DNA from: Pelomyxa schiedti
Lineage: Eukaryota > Protista > Evosea
DNA: 63,646 bases
Direction of reading: 5' to 3'
Assembly (NCBI GenBank): GCA_020536535.1
Contig: JAHLWZ010000876.1
Coordinates: forward strand, 1-63,646
The position numbers and the translations under genes were made by a program. Shown piece after piece: positions 37,801-48,559 of this stretch. The notes below the pieces were generated by a model. It did not search any database and was not told the DNA's origin. It saw only the letters and a list, made by a program, of their open reading frames with translations. Positions within the stretch are counted from its first letter, which is position 1; every line of letters begins with the position of its first letter.

Positions 37801-39267
37801 AGGTGAAATAGCTCCTACTTTTCCCAGTGGACCTAATTAATGTAGTCTGTGGAAAACTGCACGGCAAATGTGGGCACGTGTGTGAGTTACCTTGCCATGA
37901 CCCATACCCTACCCTACCACCTATTCCCAAGGGGCAAGAAAACAACATATACTATCGTCCCCAACTCCCCCCACCTTTATCACTGGACAAAGTGGTACGG
38001 CAACTGTTTGTTTTTTTTTTACAGTATTGTATTTTGGGTAACCTTATGAATAGATCTGCCCACCTTGTCCCAAATTCGTCCAGCGGAAATGCTTTGGAGA
38101 GCACATGGTTTTTCCTGTCTTGTTAGAAATGAGTGATCTCATGATTTGCCCATAGGAAAAAACTGTGCGATGCTCCACACAACCGTTTTCTTGTTCTCAC
38201 AACTGTCAAAATATTCTGGCTTGTGGAAACCATAAGTACAAGAAATAATTCAACCAGCGGAAATTTCACACAGAAATAGGTGCCGCCAACAATGTCATGT
38301 GATCAAAGAGGCCAGAGCACTTATGTTACCGTTGTTCCCAACAGTTGGTGCACCAGCAATTCCGACCTTAAAAATTACCCACACAAATCTGATGGGAACA
38401 GAGTGTGACATATGTGATAAGTGGTGTGAGAAACCGCGACCCCCAGGTTGCAAACATGGCTGCCCGATCGATAAGTGTCATTTGGGTATTTCTCTTCCTC
38501 TGTTTCTGCTCCTTTGATATCTTTTTCAGGGCCATGCCCTCCATGCCAGGTTCTAGTCAAGGTTCCTTGCCACTGTAAAGGAGATATCCTGTACATCAAG
38601 TGCTCTATCCTTCTGTCGGCCGAGTCAGCGACTTCAGCTCTTTCTTGTGGTCAGATTGTATGTGCCTTCCTCTATCTTTTCCATACTAATCGCAGGGTAG
38701 TGTAGCAAGAAACTTCCTTATTGTCCTCACATATGCCACGACATATGTCATCCAAGTAAGCTTTTTATGTGCTGCCACTGTTTTGACACGTTTAGGTCCA
38801 TGCAAGGACAGTCAGACATGTTCCAAGACAGTTATAGTTAGGTGCAAGTGTGAGAATAGTAGGACAGAGGTGACTTACTAAAATTAAGCACTCTGTTTTC
38901 CCTCTAAAGTCTGTAGAAATGGACCTGCGCCCAAGCTATCAAAGTCAGAAGAGCTTCACCTGTGGTCAGTGACTCAAACTTATATCTTCTGGAATGCAAT
39001 GAACAGTGCCAGAAAGTTTTGCTCCAGAAGAAATCAGCATCACTTGAAACGGTACTCCCAAAGAAATACATCACAAGTTAACCCAAATAGAACCAAGCAA
39101 AGGGATCACCAGCCAGTCTCGGAACAACACACCATCATCCCACTGGTGGAAAAAAAGCCACAGTACAACCAACAAACAGAAAGAAGCCGTTTCCTCGCTG
39201 GTTGGTTGTGGCAGCCATAGTTTCTTCCCTACTCTTGGCCATTGCATTTATGCTCTATCTACTTTAA
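34889..39267 (+). CDS. NFXL1: NF-X1-type zinc finger protein NFXL1-like (RING/PHD, many NF-X1 fingers, C-terminal TM)
   Basis: ECVSC...WHCPKCY..MHLDC...WK.CPMC, then YYCFCGK..DP..DPW.LPHSCG and repeated CG.H.C...CH.GPC..C fingers. Hydrophobic C-terminus WLVVAAIVSSLLLAIAFMLYLL*. Confidence 0.85.
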
Positions 39268-39336
39268 AATCGGGGTTGCAAACCAAAATTATTTTTTCAC
39301 TCCTCATTTTTAAAAATTGTGAAATACCAGTGTAGT

Positions 39337-39972
39337 CTAGTTTAGCAAAGTCACTAGAATGGAGTGCATTGGTCTCCAATGGTGGTCTTCAAAGATGTAG
39401 TAGTTGATGGAACCACCCCTGTACACCCCCCCAACTATGCAGCCCATTCTGTAGTTATCGGGGTTTCCTTCCACACGAAAGCCTTCCCAAGGTATATCCC
39501 ACATCGTTGGTCTTTGAGATGCATCAGTGAAAAACACCTCATGAGGCACTCGAGGTGCACTGAACAAGCAACGAAACGCTGGTGAACGGGCCAGCTCGCC
39601 TGGCTTTCTGTACGCGTCGATATGATTAGGAGAGGGGTCTCCTAGTCCCCTGTTAGCAACAGCAAAAAACTTGCAGCCGCCCATAGGTGTAGTAAGGAAA
39701 ACAGTGCCATCCACTGGTATTTCCATGTGACGCATGGACATCCTGGCTGCTTCACCCTCTTTGGCACCGAGCCACAGAATATCCGCTTCCTCGTATTCTC
39801 TCCAGGATGCATGCGGCTTCTCCCTCACGAAAAGGGCGTCTGGGCCCCTTCTTGCAACGGATATGTGGACGAGACCACGATGTGTGGGCATCAAGGCATC
39901 GATCCCCACATCCAATGTGCCACCTGTCTCCATTGACACCCTGAGGTTGTCTATAAGACGATTGGCAGCCAT
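39337..39972 (-). CDS. BLF1-like (Burkholderia lethal factor 1 / CNF1-superfamily) glutamine deamidase, intronless, 211 aa
   Basis: Colinear motifs M.TG.TL, ILWL..K.GE, F.T....GCK.FA (Cys100, codon 39673-39675), HIDA (His117, codon 39622-39624), VGG and W.P match BLF1 as recalled. No introns. Confidence 0.82.
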   Translation of the reverse strand: MAANRLIDNLRVSMETGGTLDVGIDALMPTHRGLVHISVARRGPDALFVREKPHASWREYEEADILWLGAKEGEAARMSMRHMEIPVDGTVFLTTPMGGCKFFAVANRGLGDPSPNHIDAYRKPGELARSPAFRCLFSAPRVPHEVFFTDASQRPTMWDIPWEGFRVEGNPDNYRMGCIVGGVYRGGSINYYIFEDHHWRPMHSILVTLLN

Positions 39973-40201
39973 CGGTTTGGTGCAGCAGAACAAAGAAACA
40001 AAAAAAAAAAAAAAGTGATTTTTCCCTAATGACGGATTGCTTGCGGGTCCCCATGCACCACAAAGCAACATTATTCAAAGAGGACAGAGCAACGAATGAC
40101 TAAGTGTATATGATTGTTGCCTATCACCCCAGTACTGTCTAGTGCAACATTAACAATCAGAATGCTTCGTATGCTCACACCTTCACTTGACACAACCCCC
40201 C

Positions 40202-43200
40202 ATGGGGGAACAGGTGAATTTAGTCCTGCAACCCAGAACGGTTGACGTTCTAATTGGAGAAAGTTGAATCTTGAAAATAGAAAAAAAACCGTCTTCTTAG
40301 AGGGCAGAGACTATGGGAGACGACGATGTGGTTTACGAGGTTAGTTTCGTTTCTCTATTACCTTTTCCCCTCTCTCTGTGTTGGTGCTGACTTTATGTGG
40401 AGGACGAATGCGAATTGACGTGGGATGACCCCCTCGGTTTTGACGAAATAGTTCGTGTGGATAACAAAGCCACATCTGCTTCGTGTGAGTACAGTTGCTT
40501 TGTCGGGGTTGGTTGCACTTGTTTGCCTTGTTGGGTCTGTTGCTGTTGTTGACTTGGCCAAGTTCTAACCAAATGACAACTTTGGCAACAATAGTGCAGC
40601 ACAGGGATATGATTTCCTTTTCAAACAATGACAACATTACACAGCACTCTGGGGGTGGTGGACTCAGTTCCAGAGACCCTATTTCAATGAACCAACTCTC
40701 ACTCCTGAACGACGCCGTACATATGCTGATTCACCGAGACCCAATTCGACTGACTGATGCTGTTCCTGAAAAGAAGGTGGAACCCCCTAAAGAAGACAAA
40801 GCAACAGGTCTCTATGACTATGAAGCAACCTGTGACACAGAACTCTCTTTCAAGGAGGGTGACCAAATTGAGATACTGGAGAAGGATGACTCTGGTTGGT
40901 ATATGGCAAGGTGTGGCTCGAAAACTGGCTTCATTCCCGGGAACTATGTGGAGATCCGTGAGTCCTTTCTTTATCGTTATATTTCCGTTTGTGAGCTCTT
41001 TTTGATGTGAAGATAGAGTTGCAACACAGAAACTCTATATCTTTCAGTGAAGCGTCCTCTTCAACTCAACAACCTGATACCAATGAACCTGTTTCCGCTA
41101 CCACAGAAGCCCCAGAGCCACCTAGCATAAATGTGAACGAAGGTGGCATGTATATTTTCCCACAAAAATCCAACCACATTAAGATATGTGTGCCCAAATG
41201 GAATCTGAGCGAGAGGCCCTGTTTATTCAACAGCAGGCACTATTGGAATCACTTTCGGGAAAGTCCAGTTCTACTGCAGTATGGGTAATTTGTTTCAACC
41301 ACCAATTCCAATTTCTCTATAGAAGGAAATACCTGAACAAGAACCTGCCTTGACCCCACAATCCAATTTTCTTGATACGGCCACTTTATCTTATGCAACT
41401 GTTCCAGCGGCACCTTTGTTCCACTCTGATGTAGCAAAACCCGAAAAGAAAAAGCGGCAGAAAGTGGAAGATAGATGCATACGATTATTTATCAGTAGTA
41501 CTTTCAAAGACATGGTACTGGAGAGAGAAGGTTTAATTAAACGGGTTATGCCATACGTCCGAAGTGCATGTGCAAGAAAAGGAATTTTGATCCGAGAAGT
41601 AGGTTGAACTTCCTTTGATTCTTCTTACCCTCACAAGGTTGACCTGAGATGGGGAATAACTGCCGAGCAGTCGGAGAGTGGCAATACAATCTCAATTTGT
41701 CTTTCTGAGAGTTGTGTCTCTTATCTCAATTTACCCTCTTACATGGGAAGTTGATAGGTGCCGCCCCTGGTTTTTCTGCCTCCTTGGACAACGTTACGGG
41801 TGGTCCCACAGCGAAAACTCCCGCGGTACCACACAATTCCATTTCTTTCAGTTGATAAAACTTAGATGCTCTACTTACAAAAACTTTTGCAAATGCCAGC
41901 TCAAAGTTCCCTTGGATTATGAAATTTCAGGATAGGAGCATTACTGAATTGGAAGTTCGGCATGCGAGTATGAGGACAGACTTTCTTTCATCTTTCCTAA
42001 ATGTTTTTTCCCCAGTCCTCAACAAAGAACAACCATCTGAATACGAGCAATCTCATTGTGCCTTCTTCTTCCGAGATCCTGCTGTTACCCAAGGGCGTGG
42101 CCCTGACTTTGAAGAGCCCAGTCCTATTCTTGCAGGAAGACTGCAAAACCTCAAAGTAAGCTAGCTATTAACTTTTTGTGTGAATTACCCAGTACCTTCC
42201 TAGGATGAAATCACTGCTCGCCATCCGGGCAATATTCACAGCTTCTCAACTCCCTCAAGTTTAGAATCGGAGTTCCAAAAACAGATCATGGAAATGATTG
42301 ATCGGTAGATTTCCCTCACGAGAAACCATCTCATACTTTGCAGTGATTTCCCTGAAACAAATACTCCCACTCCGCTGGAGCGAGAACGCGAAGTTCATGA
42401 TGCCTTTGCTAGATCTCGACATCGAATTTATGTAGGTGGTGAGCAGTACATATTTCGGATTAACTGCCTGCTTGCCAGTCAAGCACAAGTATGCCTTTAG
42501 GTCGATCTTCTGTCTAACGATTTCACAAGAACCAACATCCCACTCCAATAGTGATAGTTGGCGATTCTGGCAGTGGAAAGAGTGCACTGGTGTGTAATTT
42601 TGTTGTTAGGTATCAAAATGAGAACCCAGATGCGTTTGTTGTTGCCCACTATATTGGTTGTAGTGGCTTGAGTACCGATCTTGGTACGGGGAATGGTACC
42701 ATTAGCTATAACAGCAAACATTTGCCTATTTAGGGAGAATGCTCCACAGAATTATATCGGAAATATTAGATTTCTTTGAGCTACCCGCAAAAGATATACC
42801 AAATGACCTAGAAGGTTTGTTGATGGTTGGTTTTTTTTTCTCAGTTCACACAACAGGGCTAAAAACCCTGCTGCCCTCTGTTCTTGTGGAAGCTTCTTTA
42901 AGAGGTGGCATGCTACTTGTTATTGATGCGTTGAATCAGCTTGACAACAAGTACTTCATTTCATTAGCATTTCTAAGTCCTACAGAGATAATGCTCAGGA
43001 GCTTGACTGGCTCCCTACGCAATTCCCCCCAAATGTGCAACTGATAACATCCCTCCTTCCCTCACGAGCCTCGGAAGTAAGCCTCTAGTGCTTTTCCAAA
43101 AGTAATTGGGAAAAAGGTCATTGCACAAAGAAAATGGCACATTGTAAAAGTTGAGGCCATGGAAGAACGAGAAAGACGTGAGCTCATTTCAAGCTATATG

Positions 43201-46159
43201 TCGGAATGTTCAAAATCTCTCTCCTCTTCTCAAGTGGATAGGTTCCCTCCACTAGAATGCAAGCGTTACTTAACTTTTTTTTTTAGTATTCTTGGCTGCC
43301 AACAAACCTCAAATCCTCTTTTCTTAAAGACTGTTCTCGATGAAATTCGGGTACATGGAGCGTATGAAACAATTGATAAACGTATCGGTCAGTGCTTGTC
43401 AGCCTCGAATATCCCAGCTCTTCTTGGCCTGGTTTGTCTTGCCTTTTCGGTGTGAAACTCTAACCCCCTCAAGGTTCTATCAAGAATAGAAGCAGACTCT
43501 GGAGCAAATAGAAGGTATCTTCAGGAAACACTGGCTTTGGTATCTGACATCTTGCCATGAACTCAACTTTACTGATCCCGCAGATCTGGTTAAGTCGGAA
43601 AGGCCTTTCTGAGACAGAAGTCATTGGTATCACAGGGGTTTCTCCCGTAGTATGGAGTGAGATTATGCTGTCTTTATCGGAGCTTCTAGGAACAAGAGCT
43701 GGTCTGATTTTCATCATTGTTCTCTCCCTTATTGTTTAGCAGGGATGATGAATTTTTCACATGATTTTGTGAAGCAATCTGTTGCATCCAAGTACATAAC
43801 AGCAGAGCTCTCCTCAGTCCTTCGTAAGAAAATGGTTGATTATTTCTTGTATGTTTCTGTTGCCAAGAACGAGGAAATCTGTTTCATTCCATTTTGTAGA
43901 TCCCTTGACTCATTAGAAAGAAAGTGTGATGAGATTCCCTATCACCTTCTTCAAGAGAAGAAAATGAAAGAACTTGCTGGATTCATTACCTTACCTGCAA
44001 ATTTCTTGTTACTTACATCGGAGCAATTTTTATTTGACTTGTACCAAATATATTTTCATGTTAAATGTATCTAAAACTGTTTACAAGGTACAAATACTTT
44101 AGAAGTTGCAAAGAAGCAAGCCCAGCCTCAATGCTTTTACCACAAATGATGCCTTCAACCAATCCTTTACATCTAAGGCAAGCTGGCAAGTTCCTTCAGG
44201 ACCTTGCCTACTTTACTGAAGCCGAAGTCATGTTGACAAGAGCAAACAGCCTCTTCGTTTCTGGAACGATACCTCTTAATCTTACTGAATCTGCTGATGT
44301 GAAGTTAGTTTCTGACATTTACTTCTTGCCTTTTCAAGATGTCTTCAAAGGGATGCTCTTGGGTATTTATACCGCATGCAAGCCAAATACGACAAATCAA
44401 TACCCATGTATGAGGAAGCACTGAACCTTCGCAAAAAACTTTTTGGAGAAAGTTCTGCCGAAGTGGCGTCATCAATGTGCAGCCTTGCTATCTTATTTAG
44501 GTTTCTTGAAACCCAAACACAAGGCGAATTAACTTCACATCAGGAAGATGGGAAAATATGATCAAGCGGAACCGCTTTATATGGGATCTTGTGTTATCAG
44601 AAAAAAAGTAAGAAGGTATCCCGCAAATCATCTCACCTTCTCCAGCTATTGGGACTGAATAATCCAGAAACTGCAGTTTCTTATAACGGACTTGGGTGCT
44701 TATATCAGGACCAAGGGAAGGATAAAGTAAGATGGAAAAGCACGCCAGATCGCAACTAACAGATTGTCAGCTGGCCGAGGAACATTTTGCAATTGCGTTG
44801 AGAATAAGAGAACACTGCCACGGCCCGTCACACCCTGATGTGGTAACGCCCATACTCTTGAGAAATTTCCCAAATTTACACTCCAAGGCCATGACTCTCT
44901 CTAATATGGGCTCGTTGTATTTAAGCCGGGCGAAATATGCTGAAGCAGGTACCATTCACTGGTGGAAAACAATTTCTTAAAGTAATTAGAGCATATGTTT
45001 CAGCGAGCTCTCAGTATTTATGAAGACATATTTGGTGAGAATCATCCTGATGTTGCTCACACTCTGGGATATCTGGCTGGAGTCTGTGTGCGTATTAAGA
45101 TGAATACTTCTTCCACTCATCAATGACTTCACCATAGGTTGAAAAAGGCAAGTACTCCCAGGTATTTTTTCCCTCCGTGGGTAGGTTGAGTAAGATCCCT
45201 CAAGGCAAAGGCTCTTTTCGAAAGAACAATAGCTATAAAGGAACAAGCGTTTGGTAAAAAGCACCCTGAGGTAGATTTGTTATGCAGAATCTATTTTATG
45301 GACTTCCTGGTTTAGGTAGCTCAAACCTTGAGTGATTTTGGTGTTCTTCATGCGCGACTAAAAGACTATGATAAAGCACTTTCTTTATATAAGCAGTGCC
45401 TCGAAATTAGACGCGAGGTTAATGTGGACTTCCAACTTGATTCATTTTACAATTTCCCAGATTCTTGGGCCAGACCACCCTGACACAGCTCAATCAATGT
45501 TCTTCCCTTTTTTTTGCCTTACTTTGTACTTACCTATTTCAGGAATAATGTGGCAGCTATTCTTAGTGGTACCCTACAATACTACAATCCACTTAAATAA
45601 GAGGTAATTAGACAATGGACAGTACAAAGAAGCTGAAGAAATGCTCAAGGAAGCGCTACAGACCACTGAAAGAAAGTTTGGCGGTGCTCACCCCAACCTT
45701 TGTAATACACTTTTAAAGCTGGCCAAATTATATCAGAAACAGAATCGGTACCCCCACAATCTTACAGTGAGCAGGTGGCTAAACAAGAAAACGTAGGAGC
45801 GGTGACCTGATAATCCCCTTGTACCAAAGAACTCTGAATATTCTCAAAAAACAATACGGCGAGGTACACAAATCTCCCCAAACATACCACTATGACCTAA
45901 CAACTTTCAGGTTCACCCAGATATAGCGGTCACTCTGAATGACATGGCTGTGCTCAATTACAGACTTGGGCAGCCTAAAAAGGCAGAACAGCTCTACCTC
46001 CAAATGGTGGAGGTACTCGAAAAATTATTCCCACAAGGCCATCCCGACGTGGCAAACGCGTGCAAAAATGTGGCTGCGTTCTATGCCGCCATTGGCAAAT
46101 TCGCCCAGCAGACCGAATTTCTCACGAAGGCTGCCAATCAAAGTGGCCAATCTTCTTGA
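40202..46159 (+). CDS. SH3 - DUF4062 - NACHT/STAND NTPase - TPR array protein (NPHP3/TEP1-type, NLR-like); start at 40202 or 40313
   Basis: SH3 ATGLYDYEA...ELSFKEGD...GWY...GFIPGNYV. DUF4062 IRLFISSTFKDM..ERE...VDLRWGI. Walker A GDSGSGKS, Walker B LLVIDALNQL, NPLFLK. About ten HPDVA.TL-type TPRs; more than 25 introns. Confidence 0.88.
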
Positions 46160-46219
46160 CAAAATGATAGATAGTGTTTGAACGCATTCTCCTTTTTTTT
46201 CCCGATTTAGTGTTACAGT

Positions 46220-48519
46220 TTATGAGAGGAGGCTGAGGGCTGTAGTTGCTGACATTCTGGTCTTCCTGTTGTGTGACATCATGGGAATCAGAATGTCGGT
46301 GCCAAAACGTGAACACCATTCCGGTAGTGGATGCAGTTGCAAGGGGTCAAATGCACTGCGGTCATTGTTCGTGGAAGTTGTTAATGGCAAAGGAGCACTC
46401 TCTGGCAGCAGTAGATCGTAAAATGTGAAGGCGAGCGCGAAAGAGTCGCACTTGGTGTATGAGAATGTGGTTTGTGTTGTTGTAAGTGTTTTTGTGAACT
46501 GGCTGACTTCGGGTGGCATCGTAACGGCGTTGCCCCAAAGTTGGATGTTCTTTGACACATACAGCTCAAGATTGTAAGTAAAACACTGCTCAGCTTCGCT
46601 GAAATCGATGAGAGTTACGTGGCGTGACTTCGGATCGACGAGAATATTGTCCGACTTGATATCTCTAGGTTTGTGGGTGACTTCGGATTAATCTTCGGGA
46701 GAATGGAATTACCTATGTGTAATCCATGCTCCCTCGATGTGGCATACCGCCCTCAGGGCTTGAGCAAATAAGTGCTTAACAATCAGAATGGTTTCAGCAG
46801 CACCAGGTACAGTGGAACTATCGGTAAAAGAATGAAGGAAGTCGCTGAGCCGAACACCAGCGTATGGAAAGAGAAACGCAAGTGACTTATTATTTGCCAA
46901 TAGAGCTTTGTATACCGGGTGGGATGGTGGGATTGCATTGACAAAATCTGACGGCAAACTAGTTGACTTGGGTAGAGTTAAGTTCATACAAACATGTGTA
47001 ATTAAATTAATACAGTAGGCACACTGAGGAATAACAAGAAAGCCAAGCGGGTGGGCGACATTCGGATGAAGGGGCAGTGAAGAGAGAATGCTGCACTCCT
47101 TCATGTACTTCTGTTTGATCAGCGTTTGTCGATCGGTTTCGTCCCAGTTCAACACAACTTTCATGGCCATTTCCATCATGTTGGGATTTCCAAATCTTGA
47201 AGAACTCTGGGGTATCACAGTGCTTGGTACAAATTGTACTAGAAATGCAGTCGCCTGGGAGCCAGAGCCAAGGAACTCTTTCAATCTGAAGGAGTCTATA
47301 TCTACGCCAATGAGAGAAGTCACAAGTTCAGCTGTGCACTGTTTTGGGTCATTTGGCTAGTCTGACTTCATTATTCCAAGCTTACCGTAAAGTGTGTGTT
47401 CAGTCGTTCTTTTTCTTTTATTCGGTCTTGAAGCATTGAATTTAGTTGCTCCCTCACTTTCAACTGTTCAATAAGTTGCTCTATCTCCGCACAGTGTTCA
47501 GCTTCCTTTGCCTTCAGATTATTTATTGCCGTATCTTTGGCTTTTAGTTCTTCCAATAATTTTTTAACTTCTGCTCCAAGAAGTATCTCATTTGAAGAAG
47601 GACCGCTTGTTGTCGAGCCTGATGCATTGTTTGCAGTTGCTTGCGGAATGCCTGTCGATGCACTCCTGGGTAGTTGAATGTCTAATGGCGATAATAAACA
47701 AGGAATATCTGATGGTGATAACAACCATGACGATGACGATGGTACATCCGTTGTCGTGACTGTAGTAGATGTTGCATTTGTTTTTGTGGCCACTACTGCT
47801 GACAACCGTGATTCTGCAGCAGGTTTAGGCATCTTATGTGTCACCAACAAGTTGTGGGGAGCGGGTGGGGTTGTGCTTGCAGGTGGAAAGTGAGGAGCCG
47901 TTGCACCATTCTTGCACAAAAGCAACACAACGTCGGTGTGCCCATTCCTGCTGGCTATCTGAAGTGGTGTAATGTCCTTACGCGGCTCCCCGCAGTTGAC
48001 ATCAATCCCCCGCACGCTCAGCAGGGCCTCCACGGCCCCCAAGCAGCCGTTCTGGCAGGCGACGAAGAGGGGCGAGACGCCGCAGAAGGCCGAGAGGCCC
48101 GGGCAGAGGGTGTCCTCCCGCCGCGGGACCCAGTTGGCATCGATGGCCGGGGCGGCCGCCAGGGCCCGCACGACGTCTGCGCGGCGCTGGGAGCAGGCCC
48201 AGTGCAGGGGGCACCCCAGCCTGAGGTCCGCGGGCCCCGGGGCGAGCTCCTGCAGGATCAGCCGGACCGTGGCGACGTGCCCGGCCCAGCAGGCGCGGGA
48301 CAGCCCCGTGAAGCCGTCGGCGGTGAGGCGGTTGGGGTCCAGCGGGGGGTCCCGCGGCCGGCCCAGGTCCAGGACCAGGCGGACGAGGTCGTCCTCGCCG
48401 TTGCCGCAGGCGCAGTGCCACGCGTTCCAGCGGTTCTTTGCCAGCGGCGTGTTGATGTCCCAGCCGGGAATCGCACACGACTGTGCCAGTATCGCAGCCA
48501 TCAGCTTTGGGCCGTCCAT
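46220..48519 (-). CDS. Ankyrin repeats + coiled coil + atypical protein kinase
   Basis: Ankyrin motifs (GCPLHWAC, SPLFVACQNG, TPLQIASRNGH). Kinase motifs LGSGSQA, AMK, HR|DIKSDN, DFS (for DFG), MPPE and CDSFAL. Confidence 0.85.
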
Positions 48520-48559
48520 TTTCAGGTGCTGCTGCACGGGCAAATTCTTTTTTAGGCGT

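Noticed and set aside
39973-40071. Hydrophobic N-terminal extension (possible signal peptide) on the BLF1-like ORF
   Set aside because: It starts at a non-ATG codon and the poly-Phe comes from a homopolymer tract. Similarity to BLF1 begins at the ATG at 39972.
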